NCBI GenBank assembly: GCA_016213235.1
Contig: JACRBE010000043.1
Location: forward strand, 18,407-82,406
Reading direction: 5' to 3'
Length of the DNA: 64,000 bases
From: Chlamydiales bacterium
GTDB taxonomy: Bacteria > Chlamydiota > Chlamydiia > Chlamydiales > JACRBE01
Each line of letters opens with the position of its first letter. Position 1 is the stretch's first letter. A program made the translations under genes and the position numbers. This document shows positions 9,231-20,112 of this stretch, one piece after another. The notes beneath the pieces are model-generated. The model had not been told where the DNA came from, did not search any database, and saw only the letters and a list, made by a program, of their open reading frames with translations.

Positions 9231-11126
9231 ATGAGTTTGGCTCGAAAGAAAAAAGAAGTAGTCGTCGTTGGGGGGGGGTTAGCGGGCCTTGCTTGCGCGA
9301 TGAAATTAGCAGAAAATGGCTGCCATGTGAAATTAATATCTGTTACGAAGGTAAAGAGATCTCACTCGGTTTGTGCACAAGGGGGAATTAATGCAGCGGT
9401 GAATTTACGAGGAGAAGGAGATTCTCCTTATATTCATGCGTATGAAACAATTAAAGGGGGGGATTTTTTAGCAAATCAGCCGCCTGTTCTTGAGATGTGT
9501 CTAACTGCACCTGCTATTATTGAAATGCTGGATCGCTTTGGCTGTACTTTTAATCGCTCTCCTGAAGGAAATCTTGATTTTAGAAGATTTGGTGGCACTT
9601 TTTATAACCGTACTGCTTTTTGTGGGAGTTCTACAGGGCAACAAATTCTTTATTCACTTGATGAACAAGTGAGAAGATTTGAAGCAGCGGGTATGGTAGA
9701 GAAGTATGAACATCATGAGTTTATGCGCCTTATCTTAGATCAACGTGGTTGTGCAAGAGGCATTGTAATGATGGACCTGTTTTCCATGAAATTAGAAGTA
9801 GTAAAAGCAAATGCCGTGGTGGTGGCTAGTGGCGGGCTAGGATATATTTTTAAAAAAACAACAAACTCTACCTTTTGTACGGGAGCTGCCAATGGCAGGT
9901 TATTTATGCAAGGCATGAAATATGCTAATGGGGAGTTTATTCAGATTCATCCAACATCTATACCGGGCCATGATAAATTGCGTTTAATGACAGAAACGTT
10001 GCGTGGGGGTGGTGGAAGAGTGTGGGTATGGGGAGATTCTTCTAAAACAGTAAAAAACCCGGAAGGACAAGATATTGTTTGTGGTAAAACGGGAGAACCT
10101 TGGTATTTTCTTGAAGAATTTTATCCAGACATTGGTAATTTAGTTCCTCGAGATATTGCATCAAGGGAAATTGTACAAATAGTAAAAGCAGGTCTTGGTG
10201 TGGAAGGAAGAGATCAAGTTTATCTTGATGTAACTCATTTTAATCAGGAACTGCAGAAAAAATATGTTTCTGTATTTGATATTTATCGTAAATTTACCGG
10301 AGATGACCCAAGAGAAAAACCAATGAAGATCTTTCCTGGAGTTCATTATTCCATGGGAGGAGGATGGGTAGACTTTCCTGCTGCGGATGATGTGGATCGA
10401 TGGACAAGATATAGACATATGACCAATCTGAAAGGATGTTTTAATGTTGGAGAATCAGATTATCAATATCATGGAGCTAATCGACTGGGTGGCAATTCAT
10501 TGATGTCTTGTATTTTTGGAGGGCTCATTACAGGGATTGAGGTCCCAAGATATATTGACAATCTTGATCAAACTTATGATGAACTCACGCCTCATTGTTT
10601 TGAGGAAGCGCTTGCCAAGGAACAAGCATTTAAACATGATTTATTATCTCGTAGAGGCAATGAAAACATTCATGATTTGCATGATGAACTAGCAGATTTA
10701 ATGGTAAAAAATGTAACTGTTGTGCGTCATAATGAAGATTTGAAATATGCGATGGAAAGAATTAAAGAGATAAGAGAGAGATATCAACATATTGCTCTTG
10801 ATGATACAGGTCAGATGCTCAACCAAACATATACGCTTGCTAATCAATTTAAAGCGATGTTAGAGCTTTGTCTTGTCATTACTAAAGGGGCATTGTTAAG
10901 GGATGAATTTAGAGGGGCGCATTTTAAACCGGAGCATCCAGAAAGAGATGATGCTAACTGGCTTAAAACAACCATTGCCACTTATGATGAAGCGGGGGGT
11001 GAGCCAAAAATATCTTATGAACCTGTTGACATTAGGCATGTAGACCCGGTAAAAAGAAAATATGTGAAAACACATGATATTCCGGAAATAAAGAACATAC
11101 CAAGTAATATGTTATTGCCCATTTAA
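9231..11126 (+). CDS. sdhA: Succinate dehydrogenase flavoprotein subunit
   Basis: VVGGGLAG, RSHSVCAQGGIN, QIHPT, HYSMGG, HGANRLGGNSL. Confidence 0.97.
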   Translation: MSLARKKKEVVVVGGGLAGLACAMKLAENGCHVKLISVTKVKRSHSVCAQGGINAAVNLRGEGDSPYIHAYETIKGGDFLANQPPVLEMCLTAPAIIEMLDRFGCTFNRSPEGNLDFRRFGGTFYNRTAFCGSSTGQQILYSLDEQVRRFEAAGMVEKYEHHEFMRLILDQRGCARGIVMMDLFSMKLEVVKANAVVVASGGLGYIFKKTTNSTFCTGAANGRLFMQGMKYANGEFIQIHPTSIPGHDKLRLMTETLRGGGGRVWVWGDSSKTVKNPEGQDIVCGKTGEPWYFLEEFYPDIGNLVPRDIASREIVQIVKAGLGVEGRDQVYLDVTHFNQELQKKYVSVFDIYRKFTGDDPREKPMKIFPGVHYSMGGGWVDFPAADDVDRWTRYRHMTNLKGCFNVGESDYQYHGANRLGGNSLMSCIFGGLITGIEVPRYIDNLDQTYDELTPHCFEEALAKEQAFKHDLLSRRGNENIHDLHDELADLMVKNVTVVRHNEDLKYAMERIKEIRERYQHIALDDTGQMLNQTYTLANQFKAMLELCLVITKGALLRDEFRGAHFKPEHPERDDANWLKTTIATYDEAGGEPKISYEPVDIRHVDPVKRKYVKTHDIPEIKNIPSNMLLPI

Positions 11127-11135
11127 AGGATCTTT

Positions 11136-11903
11136 ATGAAACAAATGTTTATACTAAAAATTTTTAGGGGCATTCCCAAACAGCAATATTGGGAAGAATT
11201 TGAATTAGAAAGAAAGCCTTTTTACAATGTAATATCTGCATTAATGGATATACAAAAGCATCCGGTGAATCGCAGAGGGCAAAAAGTAGAGCCTGTGGCA
11301 TGGGAGCAAGGATGTTTGGAAGAGGTGTGTGGGTCTTGTTCTATGTTGATTAATGGCAAACCACGACAATCGTGCACAGCAATGGTTGATGATATTATTC
11401 AAAAAACAGGCTCCACAACTATTACGCTAGCGCCATTTTCCAAATTTCCTTTGGTTCGAGATTTGCATGTAGATCGATCAACAATGTTTGATGATTTAAT
11501 TAAGATAAAAGGATGGATCGATACAGAAGGATCTCCAACCAATAGTTTTGGTCCTCGTATTTCTCAGAAAAAACAGGAAACCATGTATGTATTATCTACA
11601 TGTATGACATGTGGATGCTGTTTAGAGGCGTGTCCGCAAGTTAATAATCGCTCGAAGTTTATGGGGCCGGCAGCTATTTCTCAGGTGCGCTTATTTAATT
11701 TAAATCCTACGGGAGGGATGCAACAGGAGGAAAGATTGCATCCATTAATGGGAGAAGGTGGCATTGCGGATTGTGGTAATGCGCAAAATTGTGTGCAAGT
11801 ATGTCCTAAAGAGATACCTTTGACAGAGTCGATTGCTGTGATGGGGCGCGAAGCGACAAAGCAAGCGGTTAATGATTTTTTCAGTTCTCCTGAAAGAAAC
11901 TAA
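11136..11903 (+). CDS. sdhB: Succinate dehydrogenase iron-sulfur subunit
   Basis: CLEEVCGSC, CMTCGCCLEACP and CGNAQNCVQVCP clusters. Confidence 0.97.
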   Translation: MKQMFILKIFRGIPKQQYWEEFELERKPFYNVISALMDIQKHPVNRRGQKVEPVAWEQGCLEEVCGSCSMLINGKPRQSCTAMVDDIIQKTGSTTITLAPFSKFPLVRDLHVDRSTMFDDLIKIKGWIDTEGSPTNSFGPRISQKKQETMYVLSTCMTCGCCLEACPQVNNRSKFMGPAAISQVRLFNLNPTGGMQQEERLHPLMGEGGIADCGNAQNCVQVCPKEIPLTESIAVMGREATKQAVNDFFSSPERN

Positions 11904-12044
11904 ATAGCAAGAGCTGCGGGTTCTCCTCAGTTTTAGTCAGAGTGTGGTGTGCAAAGTCAACATACACAACAATGCGAATATAAATTTATTGTTTACAAAA
12001 ATGTATAAAACTTTGATTTTACAGTTAAATACTCAGGAGATAAT

Positions 12045-12398
12045 ATGCGTATTCCACCTGTTGGGAATAATAATTATTCTACTTTTGGCTCTAATCCTCC
12101 GCCAACACCAGCTCAGATTGTTGACGATCTGGATGGTTTTGCAGAATTAGTATCAAGTACGACGTTTCCTGTAAGCGCTGGACAGACGCAAGCGCTTATA
12201 GATTATTCGAGGATGATCGTATCAAGCGCACAGGAAGCAGGGCTTAATTCAACTATATGCGGTATGACGGATGTTTTGGCAGCGTCTGTTATAAGTTTAG
12301 TTTCAGCAACAACAGTCGATGCTTTTAATTCGGAGTTAGCAGCAATAACCTGTGGAATAGTACCGGTATGCATTGAGGCGATACAACAAAGTGAGTAA
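12045..12398 (+). CDS. Hypothetical protein (orphan, candidate secreted effector)
   Basis: AGGAG RBS upstream; Pro/Asn/Ser-rich N-terminus; no recognisable domain. Confidence 0.6.
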   Translation: MRIPPVGNNNYSTFGSNPPPTPAQIVDDLDGFAELVSSTTFPVSAGQTQALIDYSRMIVSSAQEAGLNSTICGMTDVLAASVISLVSATTVDAFNSELAAITCGIVPVCIEAIQQSE

Positions 12399-12407
12399 GT
12401 GTTTTGA

Positions 12408-13136
12408 CTATTCTAATTGATTGCTCCCTATGTCAGCATAGTTGACTTGTATGGTAGACGTGCGATGAGGATTGTTTAGATGGATTAAAGCGCTTTCTAA
12501 ATGGTAATAGTTGATATGGTATGCACTAAATTGTTGCAATAGTTGGTGAGAACAATCAGTCATATGAGGAAAATACCCTTTCAGGGGGATTAAAAACTCC
12601 TCATGAGAACGCGATTTGCGATAATCAGGTTGTTTTTTAGGTAGTAACAAGCTCTTCATATTTTGGGGGCAATAGTCCCATAAAAATGTGGTATGATGCA
12701 GCCATCGATCTTTTTGTATATATTGTGCATTTCCACCACATTTTTTATTCCCGATTGCAAAGTCATTTTCCATTAAACAAAATTCTGCCGGGAATGCTTT
12801 TTTTATACTGGTTTCAATCCACTGCATAATAGGTTTTGGATAAGGCGAGCAAGATACATCTTGTTTATTCATAATAAGCGTAAAAAAGAGGGTGTGATGA
12901 TCTACCACGACGGTGCCGCCACCGCTAAAGCGTTTGATAATAGGGAGGGATAAGGAAAGAGCCTTAGATCGATTAATCAACTCATCCACAATGCCGGAAA
13001 TACCCATTACAATTGCTGGTGAGGATCCCTGATTAAGGATTAACCAATTATCCTGGCTGGTTCTTAAAAGCGCCTCTTCTAATTGTAACTGATGAAAAAT
13101 AAAGTAATCATTTAATAGTAAAACATTCAGATTCAT
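12408..13136 (-). CDS. lplA: Lipoate-protein ligase family protein
   Basis: KRFSGGGTVVVD, KKCGGNAQ, LHHTTFLWD motifs. Confidence 0.88.
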   Translation of the reverse strand: MNLNVLLLNDYFIFHQLQLEEALLRTSQDNWLILNQGSSPAIVMGISGIVDELINRSKALSLSLPIIKRFSGGGTVVVDHHTLFFTLIMNKQDVSCSPYPKPIMQWIETSIKKAFPAEFCLMENDFAIGNKKCGGNAQYIQKDRWLHHTTFLWDYCPQNMKSLLLPKKQPDYRKSRSHEEFLIPLKGYFPHMTDCSHQLLQQFSAYHINYYHLESALIHLNNPHRTSTIQVNYADIGSNQLE

Positions 13137-13149
13137 GGGGAGAAGAATA

Positions 13150-13512
13150 TCATAGAGACGTGTTTACTGACATAATGTTTTCTACTGGAACCACTTGGTA
13201 TTTGATACCTATAGGCGTACTCATCTTAAAGATTAAAATAGTTTCTCCGGATAATATAGTGATATCAGTAATGCCTTTTAACATTGTTCCATCTTTTAAT
13301 ATAAAAAAAACTTGGGGATTGACTGTATTTTTCATTAAATAATCATAGGCATCTTTATAATCCTTAGCCCGATCTTTTGGAGTAAGAATCATGAGTGGGG
13401 CACCATCTGATTTTGCTCCATGAGTAAGAGCTGCCTCACCGGGAGATGGTTGTGTCTGAGTAAATGCTATAGCATGTGCTAATACGAAAGAAACAAAAAG
13501 AATTTTTTTCAT
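13150..13512 (-). CDS. Exported hypothetical protein
   Basis: Signal peptide MKKILFVSFVLAHAIAFT; operon-like spacing with its neighbours. Confidence 0.7.
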   Translation of the reverse strand: MKKILFVSFVLAHAIAFTQTQPSPGEAALTHGAKSDGAPLMILTPKDRAKDYKDAYDYLMKNTVNPQVFFILKDGTMLKGITDITILSGETILIFKMSTPIGIKYQVVPVENIMSVNTSL

Positions 13513-13521
13513 AAAACAACG

Positions 13522-14415
13522 TTATGTGTTAATAATTTTATTTCCTTCTTGTTTTGCTTGATCAAGCCGTTTTCTTGCAAGATCTATTAATCGATCTTCT
13601 TTGATATTTGCTTCATTTGCAATAAGACCGATAGAAACAGTGAGTTGTATTTTTCCTCGTGAGGCTGCATAGGTATGGTTTTGAATATCTTCTTTAATGT
13701 TTTCTGCAATAAAGGTGGCAGCTTGCTGAGATGTTTTTGTTAGTATCAGTAAAAACTTACCCTGTTCCAGTGGTTTAATAGAATCTTGATGGCGCAAACA
13801 TGACTGAATCGTATGAGATACTTGTTGTAATAGTTGCTCCATATCGAGAGTATCTATTTGCATAGAAAGATCATCAAAGTGATCAATTTCTAGCATCAAA
13901 ATGCTTTCTGCATCTTTATTAAACCCATTATCTGTAGGGGTTTTGGGAGTAATGTGTTTACTTAAGCTATCGACAGTAGCTGGAGAAATACTCTTAATTT
14001 TACTAGTAAATAAACTGGTTTTTTCTTTGGTTGAGTGTTTATCTGATACTTGTTTGATTTTTTCTCTTACATCCAGTTCATCCAAAGGCAGAGTAACAAA
14101 GCCACTAGCACCGGATTGTTGCAAGGATAAGACATACGATCTCTTCAAGTGATGAGTGATAATTAATATAGGGGTATCTTGTTTTGTAAGGCGAATCTGT
14201 TGACAAATGGTATGAACAGATTGATCAAGAGATGGTTCATCAATAAAAATGATATGAATTTGTGTGGATTCCAAGATGTCTTTTATTAATGCAAGATTGT
14301 TACATTCAACGATATGATGCTCATCTCCGAATGTTTTCTTAAAAAATAGCAGAGTCTTTGAGGTATTGGTAACCACTAAGAAGGTATCCATTTTTTTTGG
14401 AGCAGAGGATGACAT
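13522..14415 (-). CDS. REC-like plus degenerate GGDEF-domain protein
   Basis: IIFID...PILIIT...GASGFVTLP (REC-like). LMLEIDHF, LRHQD and LTVSIG (GGDEF fold), but the signature motif reads EQGKF. Confidence 0.75.
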   Translation of the reverse strand: MSSSAPKKMDTFLVVTNTSKTLLFFKKTFGDEHHIVECNNLALIKDILESTQIHIIFIDEPSLDQSVHTICQQIRLTKQDTPILIITHHLKRSYVLSLQQSGASGFVTLPLDELDVREKIKQVSDKHSTKEKTSLFTSKIKSISPATVDSLSKHITPKTPTDNGFNKDAESILMLEIDHFDDLSMQIDTLDMEQLLQQVSHTIQSCLRHQDSIKPLEQGKFLLILTKTSQQAATFIAENIKEDIQNHTYAASRGKIQLTVSIGLIANEANIKEDRLIDLARKRLDQAKQEGNKIINT

Positions 14416-14567
14416 ATCTTTTATTTTATGCTTTGTCTTTTAAATAAAACAAAGGGTTGTTTAAAAGAAATAAAAAAACTTATAACTAGCTTGCAAAGAA
14501 ACTGGCTGGTAACGCTCTGAAAGGTTATGATGCAGAGAAAAAGATATCCGATTTTCTTCTCCAACTA

Positions 14568-17500
14568 TCAAACTTGCTTGGACACAGGTTTAATATGCCA
14601 AAATTGGATGCTCCTCCAAATAACATAGATTGCTGGGACTACGAGTAAAGTGAGAAGGGTCAATGAAATAAGCCCTCCCCATAAAGGAGCTGCAACGCGT
14701 TTGGCAATGTCAGATCCGACTCCTCCGCTCCATATGATTGGAAGTAATCCAAAAATATTAAGAGCAACAGCCATAATTAAAGGTCTTACCCTAGAAGCTC
14801 CGTGCTCAACTGTCATGGTCAGTAAATCTTCTTGAGAGTTTATCCGACCCTCTTCTGTCCATTTTTTAAACCCTTCATCGAGATAAACAACCATAATGGC
14901 TGTTGTTTCTGCTGCTGTACCAAGAAGCGCAATCATACCTACCCAAACTGCAACTGAAGTATTATAACTTACAGAAAACAGGAGAAAAATAGCACCGATG
15001 GCTGCAAAAGGAACAGACAGCATGACAATTAGCGTTTGGGCAATGCCCCTGAAATTGAGATACAGAATGAGTGCAATGATGATTAGAGTCAAAGGAACAA
15101 CAACGTTTATCAACGCTTGAATCCTCTCCAGAAATTCATACTGACCTGTCCATTTGAGATAGTATCCTGTAGGGAGCATTAAGTTTTGTGCGACAGCTTT
15201 TTTTGCATCTTGCACATAACCACCGATATCTCGCCCTTCTATATCAACATAAACCCATCCTGTCAGGGATCCCATCTCATCCTTAATCATCGGAGGTCCC
15301 ATGGCTACTTCAATTTTGCCAAGTTGGCCAAGAGGAACATGTTCCACGCGCCCGGGGACCGCATCTAGTTTCATCGCAATAGGCACCAAAATCTTTTTTA
15401 ATTTCTCGATATCATCGCGTAGTTCTCGAGGATAGCGCACGTTGATTTTGTATCTTTCACGACCTTCAATCGTTGTATCTACATCCAGTCCACCAATTGC
15501 TGTTTCTACAATTTCTTGAACATCCATGACCCTTAATCCGTAACGAGCAATCGCTGCACGATCAGGAGTAAAGTCAATGAAGAACCCTCCCATTTCTCTT
15601 TCAGCATATACACTGCGGGTTCCCGGAACCATTTTAAGGATCTTTTCAAGCTCTTCTCCGAGAAAGGCGATTTCTACAAGATCTTTTCCAAAAATCTTAA
15701 TCCCAATCGGAGTGCGGATTCCCGTCGTCAACATGTCAATACGGGCTTTAATAGGCATTGTAAAAGCGTTTTGCACTCCTGCAAATTGAAGGGCTTGATT
15801 CATCTTTTCGACAAGCTTATCCTTTGTCATACCAGACCGCCACTCAGACCTGGGCTTCAAGGTGATAACCGTTTCAATCATCGAAAGGGGAGCAGGGTCA
15901 GTTGGCGTCTCCGAACGACCAGCTTTACCGAAGACAGATTGGACCTCAGGGAAGCTCCGCAGAATTTTGTCTTGTGTTTGTACCAACTGTTTGGCAGCCT
16001 CAATAGAAATCCCAGGTGTTGTAATCGGCATGAAAAGGATTGTTTCCTCATCTAAAGGGGGCATGAATTCAGAGCCCAACTTGTTATAGATGGGGATAGT
16101 AGCAAGAATGAGAAGAAGGCATCCTCCTGCTACAAAATAGCGCCAGCGCACGCAAAACTTTAAGACGGGTTTATAGGCAGCAATACAAATCCTTGTGACA
16201 GGATTTTTCATTTCTGGTTTTATTTTGCCCCGAATGAACGTGACCATCAGTGCTGGCACTAGAGTGACTCCAAGGATCGCTCCAAAAACCACGGAAAATG
16301 TTTTTGTATAAGCCAAAGGAGAGAAAAGACGACCCTCTTGTTCTTGAAGTACAAACACAGGAAGAAAGCCAATGACAATGACAAAAAGCGAAGCAAAAAT
16401 ACTAGGGCCGATTTCTTTAGCAGCTTCGATTACTACATCACTACGTGGCCGTTTTTCTCCTTCTCGTTCTAATTTTTTATGGGCATTCTCCGTCATAATC
16501 ACTGCAGAATCAACAATATCCCCAATAGCAATGATTATCCCTGCAAGCGACATGATATTGGCATTGATCCCCATGTAATACATCGGAATAAAAGAGATCA
16601 TCACAGCAATGGGCAAGGTAATAATAGAGACAAGAGTAGATCGGAAATGAAAGAGAAAGATCAAAATAACCAGGGAAACGATGATAATCTCCTCAACCAG
16701 GGCCTCTGATAAGGTGTCTATGGAGTGCTTGATGAGAGTGGAGCGGTCATACGTTGTTACTACTTTTATTCCCGGAGGGAAGGAAGGCTCCATTTCTTTA
16801 ATTTTCTCTTTGACTCGATCGATCACTTTTGCCGTATCTTCCCCAACGCGCATAACGACAATTCCACCGACGACTTCTCCTTCTCCATTAAGTTCCACAA
16901 AGCCGCGGCGAATATTTCCTCCGATTTGAACATGCCCTATGTCTCTGATTAAGACAGGAGTTCCTTTCTGGTCGGTACCAACGACAATCTCCTCAATCAT
17001 GCCTTTATCAGTGATATAGCCACGCCCTCGAACGGCATATTCATGCTGTGTAAGTTCAATAACACGTCCTCCCACATCCCCATTAGACCTGTGGACCGCT
17101 TCTTTGATATCGGAAATCGAAAGGTTATAGGCTTGAAGTTTAGTCGGATCGATCTCTATCTGATATTCTTTTTGATAACCCCCGACACTTGCAACCTCAG
17201 CAACTCCAGGTATGGAAGTCAACCAGTAGCGCAAATACCAGTCTTGAAACGTGCGCATATCTTGAAGAGTATATTCCCCCGATTCATCAATGAGAGCATA
17301 TTCAAAAATCCAGCCAACTCCTGTGGCATCTGGCCCAAGTTGGGGAGTCACTCCTTCGGGTAATTTATCTTGTAACTTGGATAAGTACTCTAAAGCACGG
17401 CTCCGCGCCCAATAAAGATCAGTGCCATCTTGAAAAATCACGGATACAAAGGACATACCAAACATGGTAAAACCACGGACTAATTTTACCTTCGGGGCAC

Positions 17501-17723
17501 CAAGAAAAGTAGTGACAAGTGGATAGGTAATCTGATCTTCAACCAGGTTGGGGCTACGGCCCATCCATTCTGTAAAAATGATCACTTGGGTATCAGAAAG
17601 ATCTGGTAAGGCATCAATAGGTGTTTTATTAATGGTCCAAACGGACCAGAGCAAAACAAGACCTGTCACAATAAAGACGACAAGACGGTTCTTTCCACAA
17701 ATCTCAATAAGTTTGCTAATCAT
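14568..17723 (-). CDS. cusA: CusA/CzcA heavy-metal efflux RND transporter
   Basis: PIDALPDLSDTQVI, EDQITYPL, LGPDATGVGW, LGSEFMPPLDE, RIDMLTTGIRTPIGIK. Confidence 0.95.
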   Translation of the reverse strand: MISKLIEICGKNRLVVFIVTGLVLLWSVWTINKTPIDALPDLSDTQVIIFTEWMGRSPNLVEDQITYPLVTTFLGAPKVKLVRGFTMFGMSFVSVIFQDGTDLYWARSRALEYLSKLQDKLPEGVTPQLGPDATGVGWIFEYALIDESGEYTLQDMRTFQDWYLRYWLTSIPGVAEVASVGGYQKEYQIEIDPTKLQAYNLSISDIKEAVHRSNGDVGGRVIELTQHEYAVRGRGYITDKGMIEEIVVGTDQKGTPVLIRDIGHVQIGGNIRRGFVELNGEGEVVGGIVVMRVGEDTAKVIDRVKEKIKEMEPSFPPGIKVVTTYDRSTLIKHSIDTLSEALVEEIIIVSLVILIFLFHFRSTLVSIITLPIAVMISFIPMYYMGINANIMSLAGIIIAIGDIVDSAVIMTENAHKKLEREGEKRPRSDVVIEAAKEIGPSIFASLFVIVIGFLPVFVLQEQEGRLFSPLAYTKTFSVVFGAILGVTLVPALMVTFIRGKIKPEMKNPVTRICIAAYKPVLKFCVRWRYFVAGGCLLLILATIPIYNKLGSEFMPPLDEETILFMPITTPGISIEAAKQLVQTQDKILRSFPEVQSVFGKAGRSETPTDPAPLSMIETVITLKPRSEWRSGMTKDKLVEKMNQALQFAGVQNAFTMPIKARIDMLTTGIRTPIGIKIFGKDLVEIAFLGEELEKILKMVPGTRSVYAEREMGGFFIDFTPDRAAIARYGLRVMDVQEIVETAIGGLDVDTTIEGRERYKINVRYPRELRDDIEKLKKILVPIAMKLDAVPGRVEHVPLGQLGKIEVAMGPPMIKDEMGSLTGWVYVDIEGRDIGGYVQDAKKAVAQNLMLPTGYYLKWTGQYEFLERIQALINVVVPLTLIIIALILYLNFRGIAQTLIVMLSVPFAAIGAIFLLFSVSYNTSVAVWVGMIALLGTAAETTAIMVVYLDEGFKKWTEEGRINSQEDLLTMTVEHGASRVRPLIMAVALNIFGLLPIIWSGGVGSDIAKRVAAPLWGGLISLTLLTLLVVPAIYVIWRSIQFWHIKPVSKQV

Positions 17724-18853
17724 TATTTCTTCTTTTTCCCCATTTCCATGCCTTGCATGCCCCCGACGACTGCTTTAAGTCGGCTCTCAGAATCGATTAA
17801 GAATTGTGCGCTGGTAGCGACCTCTTCATTGGCTTGAAGTCCACTTATTACCTGATAATACGAACCTGCCTTGAATCCCAATTGAACTTCTCTAGGCTCA
17901 AACCGTCCTTTTCCGGTGGAAATAAAGACAATTTTTCGCTCTCCCGTATCAATGACCGCTGTTTCTGGAACTGCTAATGCTGAGCCCATCTTGATTTGAA
18001 TTTCAACTGTGGCATACATACCGGGTCTTAGCTGCTCATTTGGATTATCAAAATCAAAGCGCACTTTCATCGTGCGCGTGCTTGGCTCGACGATATAGCT
18101 AATAAAAGCCACAGAACCAATCAGAGATTTTCCAGGGAAGGCTGTAAGAGCAAGAGTAGCTTTTTGCCCCATCGTTATCCATGAAATATCTTGTTCATAG
18201 ATGTCTGCCATTACCCAGATATGAGACAGGTCCGCAATGGTGAAAATGTTCATTCCAGGCTCAACGTTCATACCGATAAAAGCATTTTTATGTAAGACAA
18301 TGCCCTCTACAGGAGAATTAATGGTTAAGGTTTTTGAAGGAATACGGGTTTCTGTCAGACGCTGGATTTCTTGCTCGGGGACATCCCATAATTCTAAACG
18401 TCGCTTGGCTGCTTCTAAGAGATCCTCATTGGATTGTGTCAGTTCCTTTCCAAACATTCCTTGTACCGGATGCTCTCTGCCCTTGAGAGCCAGTAAATAC
18501 TCCTCTTGAGCGGTCAATAGGTCAGGGCTATAGACGGAAAATAGAGGGGAGCCATAGCTCACCGAGGTGCCTGTAAAATTGACAAAGAGTTTCTCTACCC
18601 ATCCTTTAAATTTGGTTTGAACATTGGCAATTCTTCTTTCATCAATTTCGACAAGGCCAACAGTACGAATTGTTTTAGATAAATCGCGAATTTGCAGGGT
18701 TTCTGTCGTGATCCCAAACAGTTGCAATTTTCCTGGATCGATTTGAACTTGTGCATAACCAGGCACCTGTTTTTTGCCTTGCGACATGCCCTCCATTGAA
18801 GCATCAGCTATTGGCAGTGTTAAACCTAAAAGAAAAATTGTTGCTAAAATCAT
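17723..18853 (-). CDS. cusB: Efflux RND periplasmic adaptor (CusB-like)
   Basis: GWVEKLFV, YSPDLLTAQEEYL, LRPGMYA, FLIDSESRL; Met-rich termini. Confidence 0.9.
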   Translation of the reverse strand: MILATIFLLGLTLPIADASMEGMSQGKKQVPGYAQVQIDPGKLQLFGITTETLQIRDLSKTIRTVGLVEIDERRIANVQTKFKGWVEKLFVNFTGTSVSYGSPLFSVYSPDLLTAQEEYLLALKGREHPVQGMFGKELTQSNEDLLEAAKRRLELWDVPEQEIQRLTETRIPSKTLTINSPVEGIVLHKNAFIGMNVEPGMNIFTIADLSHIWVMADIYEQDISWITMGQKATLALTAFPGKSLIGSVAFISYIVEPSTRTMKVRFDFDNPNEQLRPGMYATVEIQIKMGSALAVPETAVIDTGERKIVFISTGKGRFEPREVQLGFKAGSYYQVISGLQANEEVATSAQFLIDSESRLKAVVGGMQGMEMGKKKK

Positions 18854-20112
18854 TGAATTTCCTCCAAAGGTATTCCAACAGCACGTTCTAATTCTGCAAT
18901 TAAGGATTCTTTTTCTGCTCTTACACGTTCATACTCCAACGAAATATCTTGGTACTGCCTGCGTGTATCGAGGAGAAACAAAAAAGCTCCCTTCCCTGCA
19001 CGATAACTTGCTTCAGAGGCTTTGAGAGCTTCTTGGATTTTGGGGAGCAACCCTGTTTCATATAAAAGAAGTCTTTCTTCATTCGCTTTCAGTTTCCCGA
19101 GAGTCTCTTGAATTTGTCCGCGAACAAGCGCTTCCATTCCTTTAAGAGCATTTCTATTAGCGGATGCTCGGGCTTGTGCTTCGCGAACTTGGCGCTTTTG
19201 CCTTTGACCCACCCAAAGAGGAATTTTAAAGCTGATACTCGCTTCCCAGGCATTATCTCTAAGATTATGGGTGATTTGTTCATATCCTGCAGAGATTGTG
19301 ATATCCGGGAAATATTCTCTTTTAGCAAGCTTTTCCATCATTTGCTGCTCCTCAACCATCGCTTGTATTTCTTTTAATTCTGGTCTTTTTTGTATCGCTA
19401 ATCTTTCCAGTTTGTCATAGGAGAAATCCACCGATGATCTGAAATCTTCCACTGGTTGTCCAAAAGGGTCCTTTTGAGGACGGTCAAGAATTGCGTTGAG
19501 CATTGAAACAATAAAAATCCGATCTGTTTCAATAGTTAACAACTGTTCATCCAGAACTTGAAGTTCAACTTGCGCTTTAGCGACCTCCTCATAACCAGCA
19601 ACACCTGATTTATATAAAGCCAAACTTGCATCAATGAGGTTTTTAACCAGATCGCGATTGTTTTGATTAATTTGAAAAGAGGCATGGTTGAAAAAAAGCT
19701 GAAAATAGAGTTTTTTTGTTTGCAAGATCAAATCGCGCTTGGTGATGAGTTCCTGACTCTGGAATTGTTTAAGAATTTCAGCTGCCACGTTTCCCTTTAA
19801 TCCAAGTTTTCCTGGAAAAGGAAATGTTTGGGAAATTTGATATTGGAGCATGGGAATGAATTCACTTTTCGATTTAAAATTGTTATAATCGCTCAAAAAT
19901 TTGAATTCGGGGTCGTCAAGGACTTGTACTCGGGGAACAACTTGAGCTGCTGCCTGGATGCGTTCACGCGCTGCTTCTAAGTTCGGATTACGTTTTAAAA
20001 CTTCCTCGATCAGCGTTCCTAATTGCAAGGAAGATTGGTTCAAAGGATCCTCTTCAGAAAAAAGCGGTGCTACATTAAATGTAATAAAAACAAAAAATAA
20101 TAAATAAACCAT
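18850..20112 (-). CDS. TolC-family outer membrane efflux protein (CusC-like)
   Basis: NPNLEAA, QTFPFPGKL, KRPEL, YFPDITI OEP repeats; overlaps the adaptor start. Confidence 0.9.
   Translation of the reverse strand: MVYLLFFVFITFNVAPLFSEEDPLNQSSLQLGTLIEEVLKRNPNLEAARERIQAAAQVVPRVQVLDDPEFKFLSDYNNFKSKSEFIPMLQYQISQTFPFPGKLGLKGNVAAEILKQFQSQELITKRDLILQTKKLYFQLFFNHASFQINQNNRDLVKNLIDASLALYKSGVAGYEEVAKAQVELQVLDEQLLTIETDRIFIVSMLNAILDRPQKDPFGQPVEDFRSSVDFSYDKLERLAIQKRPELKEIQAMVEEQQMMEKLAKREYFPDITISAGYEQITHNLRDNAWEASISFKIPLWVGQRQKRQVREAQARASANRNALKGMEALVRGQIQETLGKLKANEERLLLYETGLLPKIQEALKASEASYRAGKGAFLFLLDTRRQYQDISLEYERVRAEKESLIAELERAVGIPLEEIQ

Noticed and set aside
9270-9278. G9 homopolymer in sdhA as a phase-variation site
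   Set aside because: It encodes Gly-Gly-Gly of the FAD-binding motif and the frame is intact.
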